NCBI RefSeq assembly: GCF_000143415.4
Contig: NW_003314273.1
Coordinates: forward strand, 1,374,074-1,438,073
Reading direction: 5' to 3'
DNA from: Selaginella moellendorffii
Taxonomy: Eukaryota > Plantae > Lycopodiophyta
Length of the DNA stretch: 64,000 nt
Of the stretch, positions 40,501-53,740 are shown piece by piece (within the stretch, counting starts at the first letter, position 1; the number at the start of each line of letters is the position of its first letter). Made by a program: the position numbers and the translations under genes. The notes under the pieces are model-generated. The model was not told the origin of the DNA, searched no databases, and saw nothing but the letters and a program-made list of their open reading frames with translations.

Positions 40501-42900
40501 TATATCTTTCTTATTATATATCATTATAAATTATATCTTTATATTTTATAGAAACTTTTAAACTGAAAAATACCATATTATTAAAAAATATTAATCTCAA
40601 AAATATGAAGCACCCTATCTCATAGAACTGTGGCAGCCAAGAGGAATTCAACCAGACAAATATGATGTAATTGCATAAGAAACTCGTGAAGAGGTAAGTG
40701 AAATCTAAGGAATTCTTGCTAGCTTGTAGGTGGTCAAATGTCTTATATGTGCAATTGAAGTACTATCTAAAAATTGTCAAGTGGAGTCTACATTCTAATG
40801 GCAAGAATATGTCTATGTGGAGGTGATGTTAGCCTACTTGATAACTTGTGCCAATATATGAATGTTGTCTACCCATGGCATGGTTTATTGGCACTTCAAT
40901 AAGATATTATTCCAATAGGGTATTGTATGTTGACTCTATGAATTTGAATTGTGTTGAGCTTAATTGAGCTATTATTGGAAAGCAATACGCAATATAAATC
41001 AAGTGCTGCTGTGAAGCAAGGAGTCTAAATCCATGTCTAGCCCGGAATGTCTAGCATCTTGGTGCTACCATCCAGTGATATTTGTAGAGGTACTTAAGCA
41101 CGCTGAGAAAACTTATATCTCTACAAACATAATACCAAGGTTTACTTTCCAATCGCCAAATTCCTCATTCAAGAAGTGGTGTGGTGGCAAAAAAGTAGTC
41201 GTGGCAAAAAAAGGGAGGACCGATATATAAGGACATTGATGTATAAACCAAATATAATGGTTATCCTTGTTTAATGCTGATAGTACATTTAATTTGTTTA
41301 AGTCCTTGGTAGTCCACAAGAATAATGACAAACATTTATTCAATAGCAGCTAGTGGTATGTTAATTTCTCATAGTTGAAATAATTTTGTCACATGAAACT
41401 GTGTTAACCAACTTTTGTATAACAAGATGGTCTTCTATACCATGCTCATGAATTATACATGAATTCATGTGGCACTCTTTTGTTCGAGATGATATTCCAA
41501 AAGGAAGAGATTCCTTTAACTTCAAAGAGTGCCAGCAAGTTGACAACTTTAGCTTATACAAAACACCTGGTGTTGCAAGATAGAATGTGACAGGCAGAAA
41601 GTGTGTTAGGAAGTCATCATTTACTAAAAACATGCTTGTTTCAGTCATTTTCAAGAAGTAGCATTTATCCTGTCAACCCTCTTGCTCTTCATAGTTGAAA
41701 CCCTCTTGCAGTAGTGATTGCCAAAGTAATAAAATAGTATCCTTATAGCAGTGGACTAGTGAGATATATTTGCCCCATATCGTAGTTTCATATTAGTAAA
41801 AAGGAATATGTTTCCAAGGTTAGCACACAAAGCCAAGCTGGAAAATCGTTACTAAGAAAATCTAATCTGAAATAGAGTTGGCAAAAGTAAAGTAAAGGAA
41901 CCTCATCTAAGAATAGCACAAAATCTTAGTCAATGTTGTCTAAGTGCTTACAACTTTCAGCCAATCCACCAAATTCACATAGAAGTTTGAATTAAAGATT
42001 GCATAATACATAGAAATGCCAAGCCATATACCACATACCTCTCAAGGTGTTTTACTATAATCCATAGAATCTCTGAGAAAAAAAGAGATTGTAAGCATTT
42101 GAGTTTTGATTTCTTGCTTACCAATTATTCATGTTAATGACAGGATTTTCTTATCGATTTCTCCAGGTCAAACAGTAGGTAAATAAGGAATACACTTCAA
42201 AAATAAGACATAAAAAAGTAATAGGGAACATGAACAATCCAACTAAGAGAAGGGCTTCCTTTGGTATCTTAATCACTTTCCCTCCCTATTACACCATCCC
42301 TAAAAACTAATAATTCAAAATTTATTCTTTGAAATTACTCTTGCTGATATTCCATATAAAATTATAATTATAGGCAGTATAGGCAGAGTATAGGCAGAAA
42401 AAGCCTTTCTCACTTTTGGCGACCACTGTTAGATAAGCTGTCACTCTTAGGCTTGAAAAATAGCTGGAAGAAAATTATTTGTGAATTCCAAATGTGCCCA
42501 GTACTAAGAATCACAAGTAAATTTCTTTAGTGATTGTAAAATCTTTGAGCTCAAACAACACTAAACGAAGGAGCTCTTTTTGTGATTACAGTAGCTTAGT
42601 GCTTAGAAAATGTAAGAAAGATGGTTTTTCAACTGTTACCAAAGCCACAGAGCATGGGATGAGTTTGAAATTGAAGTTTAAATTGTTTCACTAGCAATTT
42701 CTTGAGAAAAATCTAAAAAGAAGAAGGAATAAAGTTTATTTGATGTGGAAAACACAATTAACTACTCTAAATTTCTTTCCTTTTAAGTAAATTCTCAGTT
42801 GGGTTTTTAGAGGATACATTTTTCAATAGCGTGTCACAATTTTTCTAAGTATACACAAGTAGGAAAAATGGACATTTGTAACCCTTGTCTTCGACTCAAT

Positions 42901-43331
42901 TGTGAGCTCTTGAGTTTGGACTTCCCAGGAGGTCACCCAACCTAGTACTATTCAAATCCAAGGACGTTTAACCCCAAATCTTAACCAATTGGAAAAAAGG
43001 GTGCACTTTTATTCATAGGCCCTTTCCCTCTATATTTGAACCCCTATAGATTATCTCTCGAGTTGTTCTCTTTGGTTGTTTACAATCCACCACGCTTCTT
43101 TACAAGTTCACGCCCTCATGAATGGAAGCTGAGCACTACAGCTCTCCCAAGAGTCCTGCTCTCTTGACACCCTACCCCTTGGGTCGAGCCCAACCAGGAG
43201 AAAATTGGACCTGCCAGATGTCAATTAACATGTGGTGTGATTCCTTTAGCTAACTAATAGAGTCAGACCCGAGAACCCTCTGATACCAAATGTAAGCTCA
43301 TGAGTTTAGACTTTCCGGGAGGTCACCCAGT
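42901..43331 (-). mobile_element. Cassandra-like TRIM (LTR contains 5S rRNA sequence); its 5' LTR is interrupted by another LTR element
   Basis: LTR 42901-43084, internal 43085-43290, Met PBS at 43278-43288, PPT GTGGTGGAT. Minus strand 42918-42973 reads GGTTAAACGTCCTTGG...AGTACTAGGTTGGGTGACCTCCTGGGAAGTCC, similar to the 5S internal control region. Confidence 0.85.
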
Positions 43332-44350
43332 TGTAAGCGACTAAACTTTCCATTCTACTTTAGTCACTTAACCACATCTCCAACCACTTGGAGGAGTCTC
43401 ACTCACAACCTCCATAAGTCCTGTTCTGGACTTGGGCTTGCTAGCCTCGAGAATAGCATCCCTGCCACTCAACCTTTGCACTTGGCCCAAGTGCTCCATG
43501 TGTCCGATCCCATGACTGACACCCCAAGGTACCATGGACATATCAGCTGGTTACGCTAAAGCTATGCCCCTTCACCTTGGTCACACCGGTGGTCTAACAC
43601 CACCTACATCACAGTCTCATCTCTCAAAGACTAGGCCATCCATCCATGAGTGATCATCCCAGATCCACTCCTTAGCATCCTTATGATGCCCATAAGCATG
43701 GGGAATAGCCTTCCCCAATATTCCTTTTCCGGTCCCCACCAAGTCCCTTTTTGTCTATGGCTATGTTTGCCAACACTGTTATTGGATCAAAACTCACAGA
43801 CCTGACCACTAAGTCCCACAGTCCTCTGCGACTTCTTCCACATATGACCGTATCCTTGGTCTCTACACTAGAGGACGGCTCCTCTTCCATTTCACAGTCT
43901 GGGACTTTGGGCAACATTTCGGAACACCGTGGCCTTATGCTAGCCTTATGGGTACTCTCCCCGCCTTCTGCCTTTGGGTGCTCTAGCCATGGGCTTAAAG
44001 CAAGGTTTCGTTGAGCCACACTAGGTATCCAAGTAGGTAGTGCCACGCACACTTGGACTGGGAGCATCGATCATTCAATCTCCCGGGGGAATTAGAGCTA
44101 GCTCTTGAACACTTTACCAAGCTACCCCACTTGTCGGTCCATATTCACTCTAGCCTTGGACTTCCCAATGGTCATCCCATCACCCAACAGCTGGGTATGG
44201 CCTTCCTGGGCCAAACTGGCCTTTCTTGGCCAAATTGGCTCCACTGGGCTCCAACCCCCGCACATTCTCCCTACTATACTTTTTGGAACCCCCTGCAGCC
44301 CCCCCCCCGGGGGGATGATTTCTTTCACCCAATAGCCTATATTAGTATTT

Positions 44351-44755
44351 AGACTCGGACTCAGACTCGGATTCGGTCTTGGTCTCGACCTCGGACTCGG
44401 TCTCGGTCTCAATCTCGGTTCCATCTTGGACTCCATCTCGGGTCCATTTTGGACTCCGTCTCGGGTCCATTTTGGACTCCATCTCGAGTCCATCTCGGAC
44501 TCCATCTCAACTCCATCTCAACTCCATCTCGGACTCCATTTCGGACTCCATCTCAGACTCCATCTCGGGTCCATCTTGGACTCCATCTCGGACTCCTATT
44601 CGGACTCCATCTTGGTTCCATCTCGAACTCCATCTTGGGTTCCATCTCAAGTCCATCTCCGACTCCATCTCGGACTCTATCTTGGGTCCATTTTAGACTC
44701 CATCTCAGGTCCATCTCGGGTCCATCTCAGACTCCATCTCGGACTCCATCTCGGG
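44351..44755. repeat. Tandem (GACTCCATCTCG)n / (GACTCG,GTCTCG)n array inside the LTR
   Basis: 6/12-bp periodicity seen directly. Confidence 0.92.
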
Positions 44756-46305
44756 CACTTCCACGTGTCATGTGTTGGTCCTTTTGTGTCCCTTTTCTAA
44801 AGACTCATTTATTGTTCTCTTCGTGCTTGTTCCTCGAGCACTTCATTAGGAGTTCCACTCTCGCTCTCAACCTTTCAAGTCGGAGCTTTTAGTTTAAATG
44901 TGTTACACTCATTTGGCTTTCACTTTGGCCACCACCATATAGTGCCCTTTTGGCTCCTCTTTGGGGCTTAAAGATTTGTGTCTCACAACTCCACCACCCA
45001 TAGACGAAGTTCGATGTCCTCATCGAACGATAAACTATTTTATAAAGTAATACTAATATATAGTACTTTTTCCATCCTTGGCATCTAGCTAATATTTGTC
45101 ATTGGTTTGACACCGAAGGCTCACTATGCCTTGTTGATCCTCTAAGGAGCATAAGCTCTCCAATTTAGAGACTCATTTGACCATTTGTGGTGGTTCTTTC
45201 CCTTTATTAGTTTAGTCACTGAACTTGTTAGAGACACTCTCTCTATCTCAATTCCACTACTCATTCTTGAGTAGTCTCAGTTCCTATTGATATAACCTTT
45301 GCATTTTGGAACTTTTAATTTTGACTTCTCGAAGTCAATTTCCTAGGTGTCTCTGACATTTTGCTTTGCACATTTTGTGCAACTCCATTTCCCCATCCTA
45401 GGAAGTTCTCTACTCGAGGGCACTATCATCCTTTTTTCTATTTTGTGCCACCTTTGGCACTACATTCCAATTATCATAATTTGTGCTAGGATTGTTCACG
45501 ACCCTATCATTTGGCTACTTTATCACTCCCTCACTTGGAGGTTTTACTTTGCCAAATTGGAACACTTGGGAATCCATCCCTGAAAGTACACTTCCTTTCC
45601 CATAATCCATTAGCATCCAACACATTAGTATTCCTTGGCTAACTTTGCCATTTAAATTCCTTTCAATGAATCCCATGGCTGAAACTTGGCCACTAGTCTC
45701 TTGCTCCTATCCATTAATTATTGCACCACACAACATAAGCTCACTACTTCCATCCTTGAGGTATTCTTTCGGTTCCATAGCAAAGGCTCCACATTACCAA
45801 GTCGAAAGGGTGCTCACCTCTAGTAAGTCTCTTTAGCATTCTTTGCTAAGGGCTCTATCCATATCCCAAGTTTGTGACCCTTTTATAGGTCTTTCCTAGA
45901 AACTACTTTCTTGGACTTACTATACCATTGCATTGACACCATTGATTTCCCTTTTCGGTGTTTTTCCCACTTGGTCACTTTGACTAAGTCATGTGATTAC
46001 CAATAGTTTAAATCATCACTTTGAACTAGGAATTTTATTCCTTAACCAAACAAGGACTTTGTCTTTATTTAGCCACAAGATCACCTAGGGATCTCACCTT
46101 AGTCACCTTGATAGGTTTGCCAATAGGTATGAGGTTTTCCAGACCTTTAACTTGTTGACCATGACCCCGGGGGCATCCCCCACACTTGGCAGTGCACCCA
46201 AGCCAACCCTTCCGGCCAAGGGTCCATAGCAACTGAGACTGGGTGTCACCATCTCATTCACCACATATTTGGTGCCATTTGCATCAAAGTGTTCAAGTTA
46301 GATAT

Positions 46306-48971
46306 TGTAAGTGACTAATTTTTCCATTTTACTTTAGTCACTTAACCGCACTATAAGTGATTAATTTTTCCATTTTACTTTAGTCACTTAACCGCACCTC
46401 CGACCACTTGGAGGAGTCTCACTCACAACCTCGATAAGTCCTATTTTGGACTTGGGCTTACTAGCCCCGAGAATGGCATCCCCGCCACTCAACCTTTGCA
46501 TTTGGTCCAAGTGCTCCACGTGTCCGATCCCATGATCCCAACTATAGTTGTTTCCCACAATTATGTTAGCCTGTTTGCTGCGTCAAACGCTCATTTGGAT
46601 CACATCCCGAGCTCTCTGAGGAAACCTTATACTGTTCCCAAGATCCCAAAGTCGTTCCCTTACTTGCCCCTTTTCTATCCACCACATCGCGCCCAAGTTC
46701 GTGCATGAACTCGAGTGGAGAGCCATGTCCTCTCGACGTGCTACTCCTCAAGGATAGGCCCACTCCTAGGACCTTCCGATGCCAATATCAATGGTGATAT
46801 ACTTGAGCACCAATAAAAGTCGGACTAAGGAACAGCTCCGATACCAAGTTGTAAGCGACTAAATTTTCCATTTTACTTTAGTCACTTAACTGCACCTCCG
46901 ACCACTTGGAGGAGTCTCATTCACAACCTCCATAAGTCCCAATTAGGACTTGGGGCTTGCTAGCCCCGAGAATAGCATCCATGCCACTCAACCTTTGCAC
47001 TTGGTCTAAGTGCTCCACGTGTCCGATCCCATGATCGACACCCCAAGGTACCACCGACATATCGGCCTATTATGCTGAGGCCATACCTATTCACCTTGGT
47101 AACACTGGTGGTCCAACACCACCTACATTGCAATCCCGTCTCTCATAGACTAAGCCATCCATCCATGAGTGATCATCCCAGATCCACTCCTTAGCATCTT
47201 TAGGATGCTCGCAGACTTAGGGAATAACCTTCCCCAATATCTCTTTTCCGGTCCCAACCAAGTCCCTCTCTATCGATGGCCGTGTTCACCAACACTGCCA
47301 CTGGATCAAGGCCTGCAGGCCTGATGTCTAAGTCCAACTGTCCTCTGGGACTTCCTCACCATGTGACCGTGTCCTTTGTCACCACATCAGAGGGCTACTC
47401 CTCTTCCTTTCCATAGTCTGGGACTTTGGGACAACATTTTGGAACACCATGGCCTTACACAAGCCTTATGGGTACTCTCCCTGCCTTTCGCCTTTAGGTG
47501 CTCTAGCCATGGGCTTAGAGCGAGGTTCCGTTGAGCCACGACAGGTATCCAAGTAAGTAGTGCCACCCACACTTGGACTGGGAGCATCGGCCAGTCAATC
47601 TCCCGGGGGAACTAGAGCCGGCTCTTGAACACTTCACCAAGCTACCCCGCTTGTCGGCTTGTGTTCACTCTAGTCTTGGACTTCCCAGTGGGCAGCTCAT
47701 CACCCAACACTGGGTCTGGCCTTCCTGGGCCAAACTGGCCTTTCCTGGCCAAACTGGCTCCACTACAGTCCTCCCCCTTACTATACTTTTGGAGCTCACC
47801 AAACCCCCCAGGGTCTGGGAGACGAACGCTTTGGGCTTTCACCCTCTCAGACTCGAACTCAGACTTGGACTCGGACTCAGACTCGGACTCGGACTCGGGC
47901 TCGGGCTCAGTCTCGGCCTCGGTCTCGGTCTCGGTCCCGGTCTCGGTCTCGGTCTCGGTCCTGGTCTCGGTCTCGGTCTCGACTTCGGACTCCATCTCGG
48001 GTCCATCTCGGACTCCATCTCGGACTCCATCTCGGGTCCATCTCGGACTCCATCTCGGACTCCATCTCGTGTCCATCTCGGACTCCATCTCGGACTCCAT
48101 CTCGTGTCCATCTCGGGTCCATCTTGGACTCCATCTCGGGTCCATCTCGGGTCCCATCTCGGACTCCATCTCGGGTCCATCTCGGACTCCAACTCGGACT
48201 CCACCTCGGACTCCATCTCGGACTCCATCTCGGGTCCATCTCGGACTCCATCTCGGGTCCGTCTCGGACTCAATCTCGGATCCATCTCAGACTCCATCTC
48301 GAACTCCATCTCGGACTCCACCTCGGACTCCATCTCGGGGTCCATCTCGGACTCCAACTCGGGTCCATCTCGGACACTTCCACGTGTCATGTGTTGGTCC
48401 TTTTGAGTCCCTTTTTGGATCCTCGTTTATTGCTTGCTTCGTGCTCATTCCTCGAGCACCTCGTTAGGAGTTCCACTCCCGCTCTTGACTTTTCAAGTCG
48501 GAGCTTTTGGTCCAAACATGTTACGCTCGTTTGGCTCTCGCTTCGGCCACTACCACGTGGCGCCCTTCCGGCTCCACTTTGGGGCCTAGGGATTTTGTGT
48601 CTCACACTCGGGTCCATCTCGGACTCCATCTTGGGTCCATCTTGGACTCCATCTCGAACTCCATCTCGGTCCATCTCGGACTCCATCTCGGACTCCACCT
48701 CGGACTCCAACTCGGGTCCATCTCGGACTTCATCTCGGACACTTCCACGTGTCATGTGTTGGTCCTTTTGGGTCCCTTTTTGGAGCCTTGCTTATTGCTC
48801 ACTTCATGCTCGTTCCTTGAGCACTCCATTGGGAGTTCCACTCCCGCTCTCAACCTCTCAAGTCGGAGCCTTTTAGTCCAAACGTGTTACGCTCGTTTGG
48901 TTTTTGCTTCGGCTAGTACCACGTGGCACCCTTTCGGCTCCACTTTGGAGCTTAGGGATTTGTGTCTCACA
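46306..48971 (-). mobile_element. Nested, internally deleted copy of the same LTR family
   Basis: 5-bp TSD GATAT at 46301-46305 and 48972-48976. Truncated LTR 46306-46535, PBS near 46838-46847, LTR 46850-48606 plus a duplicated terminal segment 48607-48971. Confidence 0.85.
47849..48372. repeat. Tandem 12-bp/6-bp array inside the LTR (further copies at 48607-48740 and, inverted, 52395-52686)
   Basis: Seen directly. This is the most homogeneous copy of the array. Confidence 0.95.
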
Positions 48972-49307
48972 GATATGCCAAGCCACACTAAGCAATCTAA
49001 CTGTGTATCACAACTCCGTGGCATCCCCCGCTTCGCAGTGTGCCCAAGTTAGTCTCCTTACTGAGAGTCCATGACCACCAAAAAATGAATGTCCTCATAT
49101 TCCAAACCATCACTGCGCCCTAGTGAGTTGGGACTCGAACCCAAGCACTAGAAGGTCGGGACTCGAACCCAACCTCTGTATATACATCTACGGATGGCAT
49201 CACCCAGGATGCCTAGCGTGACTCCCCACGCCAGTGCACCAACTTATACTTAAAGCGCGCTATAGATCACAACTTAGGAACTTAGTTCCTCCACATTGCT
49301 AAGCCCT

Positions 49308-49976
49308 TGTAAGCTACTGAGTTTGGACTTCCCGGGAGGTCACCCAGCCCAGTACTATTCAAACCCAAGGACGCTTAACCCCAGATATCTCAAGACCATT
49401 AACCGATTGGAAAAGGGGGTGCACTCTTGTTCATGGGCCCTTTTCCCTCTATATTTAAACCCCATGGACCATTTTTTGAGTCATTCCCTTTGGTTGCTTA
49501 TAATCCACCACGCTTCCTTACAAGTTCACGCCCTCGTGAATGGAAGCTGAGAGCCACAACTCTCCCGAGAGCCCCGCTCTCTTGACACTCTACCCCTCGG
49601 GTTGAGCCCAACGGAAGCAAACTGGACCAGCCAAATGTCAATCAACATGTGGTGTGATTTCCATAGCCAACCAACAGAGTTGGATCTGAGACCCCTTTGA
49701 TACCAAATGTAAACTCTTGTTCATGGGCCTTTTCCCTCTATATTTGAACCCCAACAGATCGTTTTTCGAGTCGTTCCCTTTGGTTGCTTACAATCCACCA
49801 CGCTTTCCTACAAGTTCATGCCCTCGTGAATGGAAGCTGAGAGCTGCAACTCTCTTGAGAGAGAGAGCTCTTGACACCCTACCCCTCGAGTCGAGCCCAG
49901 CGGGAGCAAACTGGACCAGCCAGATGTCAATTAACATGTGGTGTAATTCCCCTTGCCAACCAACAAAGTCGGACCT
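49308..49976 (-). mobile_element. Cassandra-like TRIM, tandem LTR-internal-LTR-internal arrangement
   Basis: LTR 49308-49502 with 5S-like domain 49325-49380, internal 49503-49707 with PBS, second LTR 49708-49792 lacking the 5S domain, then a second internal segment. Confidence 0.85.
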
Positions 49977-51702
49977 AAGGATTTATCCCCCAAGGTTCCA
50001 AGGATCCACGGTGACAGTATATCCAAATCTCATCCTATGATCACATACGCTACACTCACAACAAACTCAGTAACTTATAGCCCTCTCACTTGACAAATCT
50101 GTGATCATGCATGAACTCCTTTATGCTTGGCCCCATGGGCCACCCCTTTTGAAGTTAGCACCTTCAACTAGGGGATTTGTTCCCCTAACTTAGCAATCTT
50201 GCTTAGCAAGTCATCCGACCAATGTAATATGGTTTCATGCATAAGTGTGAAAGTCCTTGACTATCGACTTTCATTCAAAGCTATCCCTTTGAACACTTGG
50301 GAACTACTTCCCCAACTTTGATAGCATTGCTTTATGGCAAGCTTCAAGACCACACTTCTGCTGCACCACTTTGATTTCACGCATTCTATAAACCATTTAC
50401 ACTTGGCTTTTTAGGTACTCAGCTATCAAGAATTATCTTTAAGAACCTTGAAGGAATTCTGTCCCTTAACTTGCTAAAGCCTCTCCTCTTGCAAGCTTTC
50501 TAATTGCCATATGGTCTAACATGGACAATTCCATACTTTAAACTCTCTATGGCATCACAGTTGCTAGTAACAACATGCTCAAGGATTTATCCCGTCCCTG
50601 CAACCTTAGACGTTTAGATAGCACCTCCTATCCATTATTCGCTAGGGACTTAGTCCCTTGGGCTTTGTCTATTGCCCTCACGACACCAAACACCACCTCC
50701 TAGTGTTCTAGAGTGTTTGAGTATCTCAATGATAGCCTTATTTGACAATGAGAATTCCCTCTACGACATTGACTTACTATATCACAACATAAGCAATTTA
50801 TCCCCCATAAGGATATATCTAACTTCCTTATCCTAGAAGTCTTGGGTAGTTACATTCTACCAATTTAACCAATTATTTTGCACCTTTTGCTTAGTTGCCT
50901 CATAAGTCCTACAACTCATTACTGGTGTTTTCACACTTCCATCATTACTTAGGTCACCATACTCCAACCGCATGCCTTTTAGTTTAGGTTATGCCATTCC
51001 CATTTCCATTAGGATTTCTTTGTGAAGGGGTTCTTATGAACCTGCCAACTTGACCTCAAAGCATCACGCCTTGGCACATTCGGTGTCTCCACACCATCGG
51101 GTCCACGAGCCTACCTTTATGACACTTTTACTTGTGTCTAGGTCCTTGCCAAAATGAATGCGGTCCTTTCTCATGCCAACTATCCATTAGCATTGCACTA
51201 TAGAGTTTACATACAACTTTGTGTCAAAGTTGTTTTCTTCTGGGAACACTTTTCCCATGACTTTAGTATGGCATATTCTGCCATCAATGAAATACCCACT
51301 ATTTTCATACTTAGATCTTATGATCCTCCCCCTTCTTCATGGGGCAGAACACACCTCAGTCCAAATGTTTTTACGAATCCCTTAGAACCATTCCTCGACT
51401 CTACTTAAGTTATCTAGCATTTTTGGACTTTATAATCCAAAGTTCCATAAAGTCCTATTTTTGAAGTGCCAGCTAACTGGAATACAACATTTTGTCTTCA
51501 TGTCCTACTCACAAGCACCATCTTTACAAATGTTACTCCAACACTTGATTTTGTCCTCTGGGGGCAACTTTTGCCCCTTAGGACTACTTGTCCATGTGAT
51601 GAGAATACCAACTCGTCCTCCAAATACACCCCCAACTCCTTGGGTTGTTCCAGCATTTATTAACGGTAGCCCCGACTACCATTTCAAGGACTTGTGTCCT
51701 CT

Positions 51703-53740
51703 TGTGAGACACAAAATCCCTAGGCCCCAAAGTGGAGCCGAAAAGGCACCACATTCTACGCCTTGGAGTTTGTTCGCAATGGGCACCGACTTAGTGCTGG
51801 AAGTACACTGGGGAGGTAGGCGCTCCAAGACATAGCATCACGTCTTGGGGCATAACAGGTGGCTTCAGCTTGTGCAGTGGAATCACCTTGGAGGCGAGTG
51901 ACCCATGAGCGACGCCGGGTCATCGTGCTCGAGTTGGACTGCTTGGCTGCAACGACGTCGAGCTAGATCGACATGGTGTTCGTCCGGCTTGACATCATTG
52001 TGACCGAGTGGAGGAGTGGCGAGGCGAAGCAGGTGGCTTCAAGCTCCGCGGTGGAGTCACCTGGGAGGTGGACGGCCCAAGAGCAGCGCCGGGCGTTCGC
52101 GCTCATAGTTTCACTAGTTTCTTCGAGAGTGCGCTCTCAATGTTGTTTTGATCCCTTTGGGATTGGGGTAATGTACATATATGTTTAGCGAAAAGGCACC
52201 ACGTGGTAGGGGCCGAAGCGAAAGCCAAATGAGCATAACACATTTGGATTAAAAGCTCCGACTTGAAAAGGTTGAGAGTGGGAATGGAACTCCCAAAGAA
52301 GTGCTTGAGGAACAAGCACGAGGCGAGCCATGAGTGAGTCTCTAGAAAAGGGGACACCAGAGGACCAAAATGTGACATATGAAAGTGTCTGAGAAGGAGT
52401 CCGAGACGGACCCGAGGTGGAGACCAAGATGAAGTCCGAGATGGACCCGAGATGGAGTCCGAGATGGAGTCCTAGATGGACCCAAGTTAGAGTCTGAGGT
52501 GGACCCGAGATGGAGTCCGAGACAGACCTGAGATGGAGTTCAAGACGGACTCAAGATGGAGTCCGAGATGGAGTCCGAGATGGAACCGAGACTGAGATTG
52601 AGATCGAGACCAAGACCGAGACCGAGACCAACACTGAGTCCGAGTCCGAGTCCGAAACCGGGACCGAGACCGAGTCTAAGTCCGAATACTAATACAGGCA
52701 GTTGGGTGAAAGCCCAAAGCAATCGTCCCCTAGGGGGGGGAGGGGGGCTGTGGGGGGTTTCAAAAGTCCAAAAGTATAGTAGGGAGAGTGTAGGGGTTGG
52801 AGCCCAGTGGAGCCAGTTTGGCCAGGAAAGGCCAGTTTGGTCCAGGAAAGGCCAGTTTGGCTCAAGAAGGCCATACCCAGTGTTAGGTGATGAATTGACC
52901 ACTAGGAAGTCCAAGACTAGAGTGAATACGGACTGACAAGCAGGGTAGCTTGGTGAAGTGTTCAAGAGCCAGCTATAGTTCCCTCGGGAGATCGAATGGT
53001 TGATGCTCCCAGTCCAAGTGTGGGTGGCACTACCTACTTGGATACCTGGCGTGGCTCAATGGAACCTCAGTCTAAGCCCATGGCTAGAGCACCCAAAGGT
53101 AGAAGGCGGGGAGAGTACCCACAAGGCTGGCGTAAGGCCATGGTGTTCCGAAATGTTGCCCAAAGTCCCAGACTGTGAAATGGAAGAGGAGCCATTCTCT
53201 AGTGTAGAGACCAAGGATATGGTTAGGTGAGGAGGAAGTCCCAGAGGACCGTGGGACTTAGTGGTTGGGCCTATGGGCCTCAATCTAGTGGCAGTGTTAG
53301 CGAACACGGCCATGGGCAGAAAGGGACTTGGTGAGGACCGGAAAAGGGATAATGGGAAAGTCTATTCTCCATGTCTGTGGGCATCCTAAGGATGTTAAGG
53401 AGTGGATCTGGGATGATCACTCATGGACGGATGGCCTAGTCTTTGAGAGACAGGACTGGGATGTAGGTGGTGTCAGACCACCGGTGTGACCAAAGTGAAT
53501 GAGCATGGCCTTAGCGTAACGGGTTGATATGTTGGTGGTACCTTGCGGTGTTGGTCATGGGATTAGACACGTGGAGCACTTGGACCAAGTGCAATGGTTG
53601 AGTGGCATGGATGTCATTCTTGGGGCTAGCAAGTTCCTAAGTCCAGAATAGGACTTACGGAGGTTGTGAGTGAGACTCCTCCAAGTGGTCAAAGGTGTGG
53701 TTAAGTGACTAAAGTAGAATGGAAAATTTAGTCGCTTACA
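51703..53740 (+). mobile_element. Solo LTR of the same family, opposite orientation
   Basis: TGTGAGAC...GCTTACA termini. TSD CCTCT at 51698-51702 and 53741-53745. Confidence 0.9.
51753..52188. mobile_element. 436-bp insertion in the solo LTR with a 14-bp TSD (probable non-LTR retroposed fragment)
   Basis: CGAAAAGGCACCAC is duplicated at 51739-51752 and 52189-52202. The insert is absent from the other LTR copies. Confidence 0.75.

Noticed and set aside
42918-42973. 5S rRNA gene (also 49325-49380)
   Set aside because: Only about 55 nt match and they sit inside TRIM LTRs, so this is not a full 120-nt gene.
44053-48876. Many long overlapping ORFs (SDSISG/RTPS/LGLH repeats), also at 52510-52965
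   Set aside because: They arise from the stop-free 6/12-bp tandem array in the LTRs, which is open in several frames on both strands.
49112-49176. tRNA gene
   Set aside because: Only T-loop/B-box motifs are present, with no recognisable cloverleaf.
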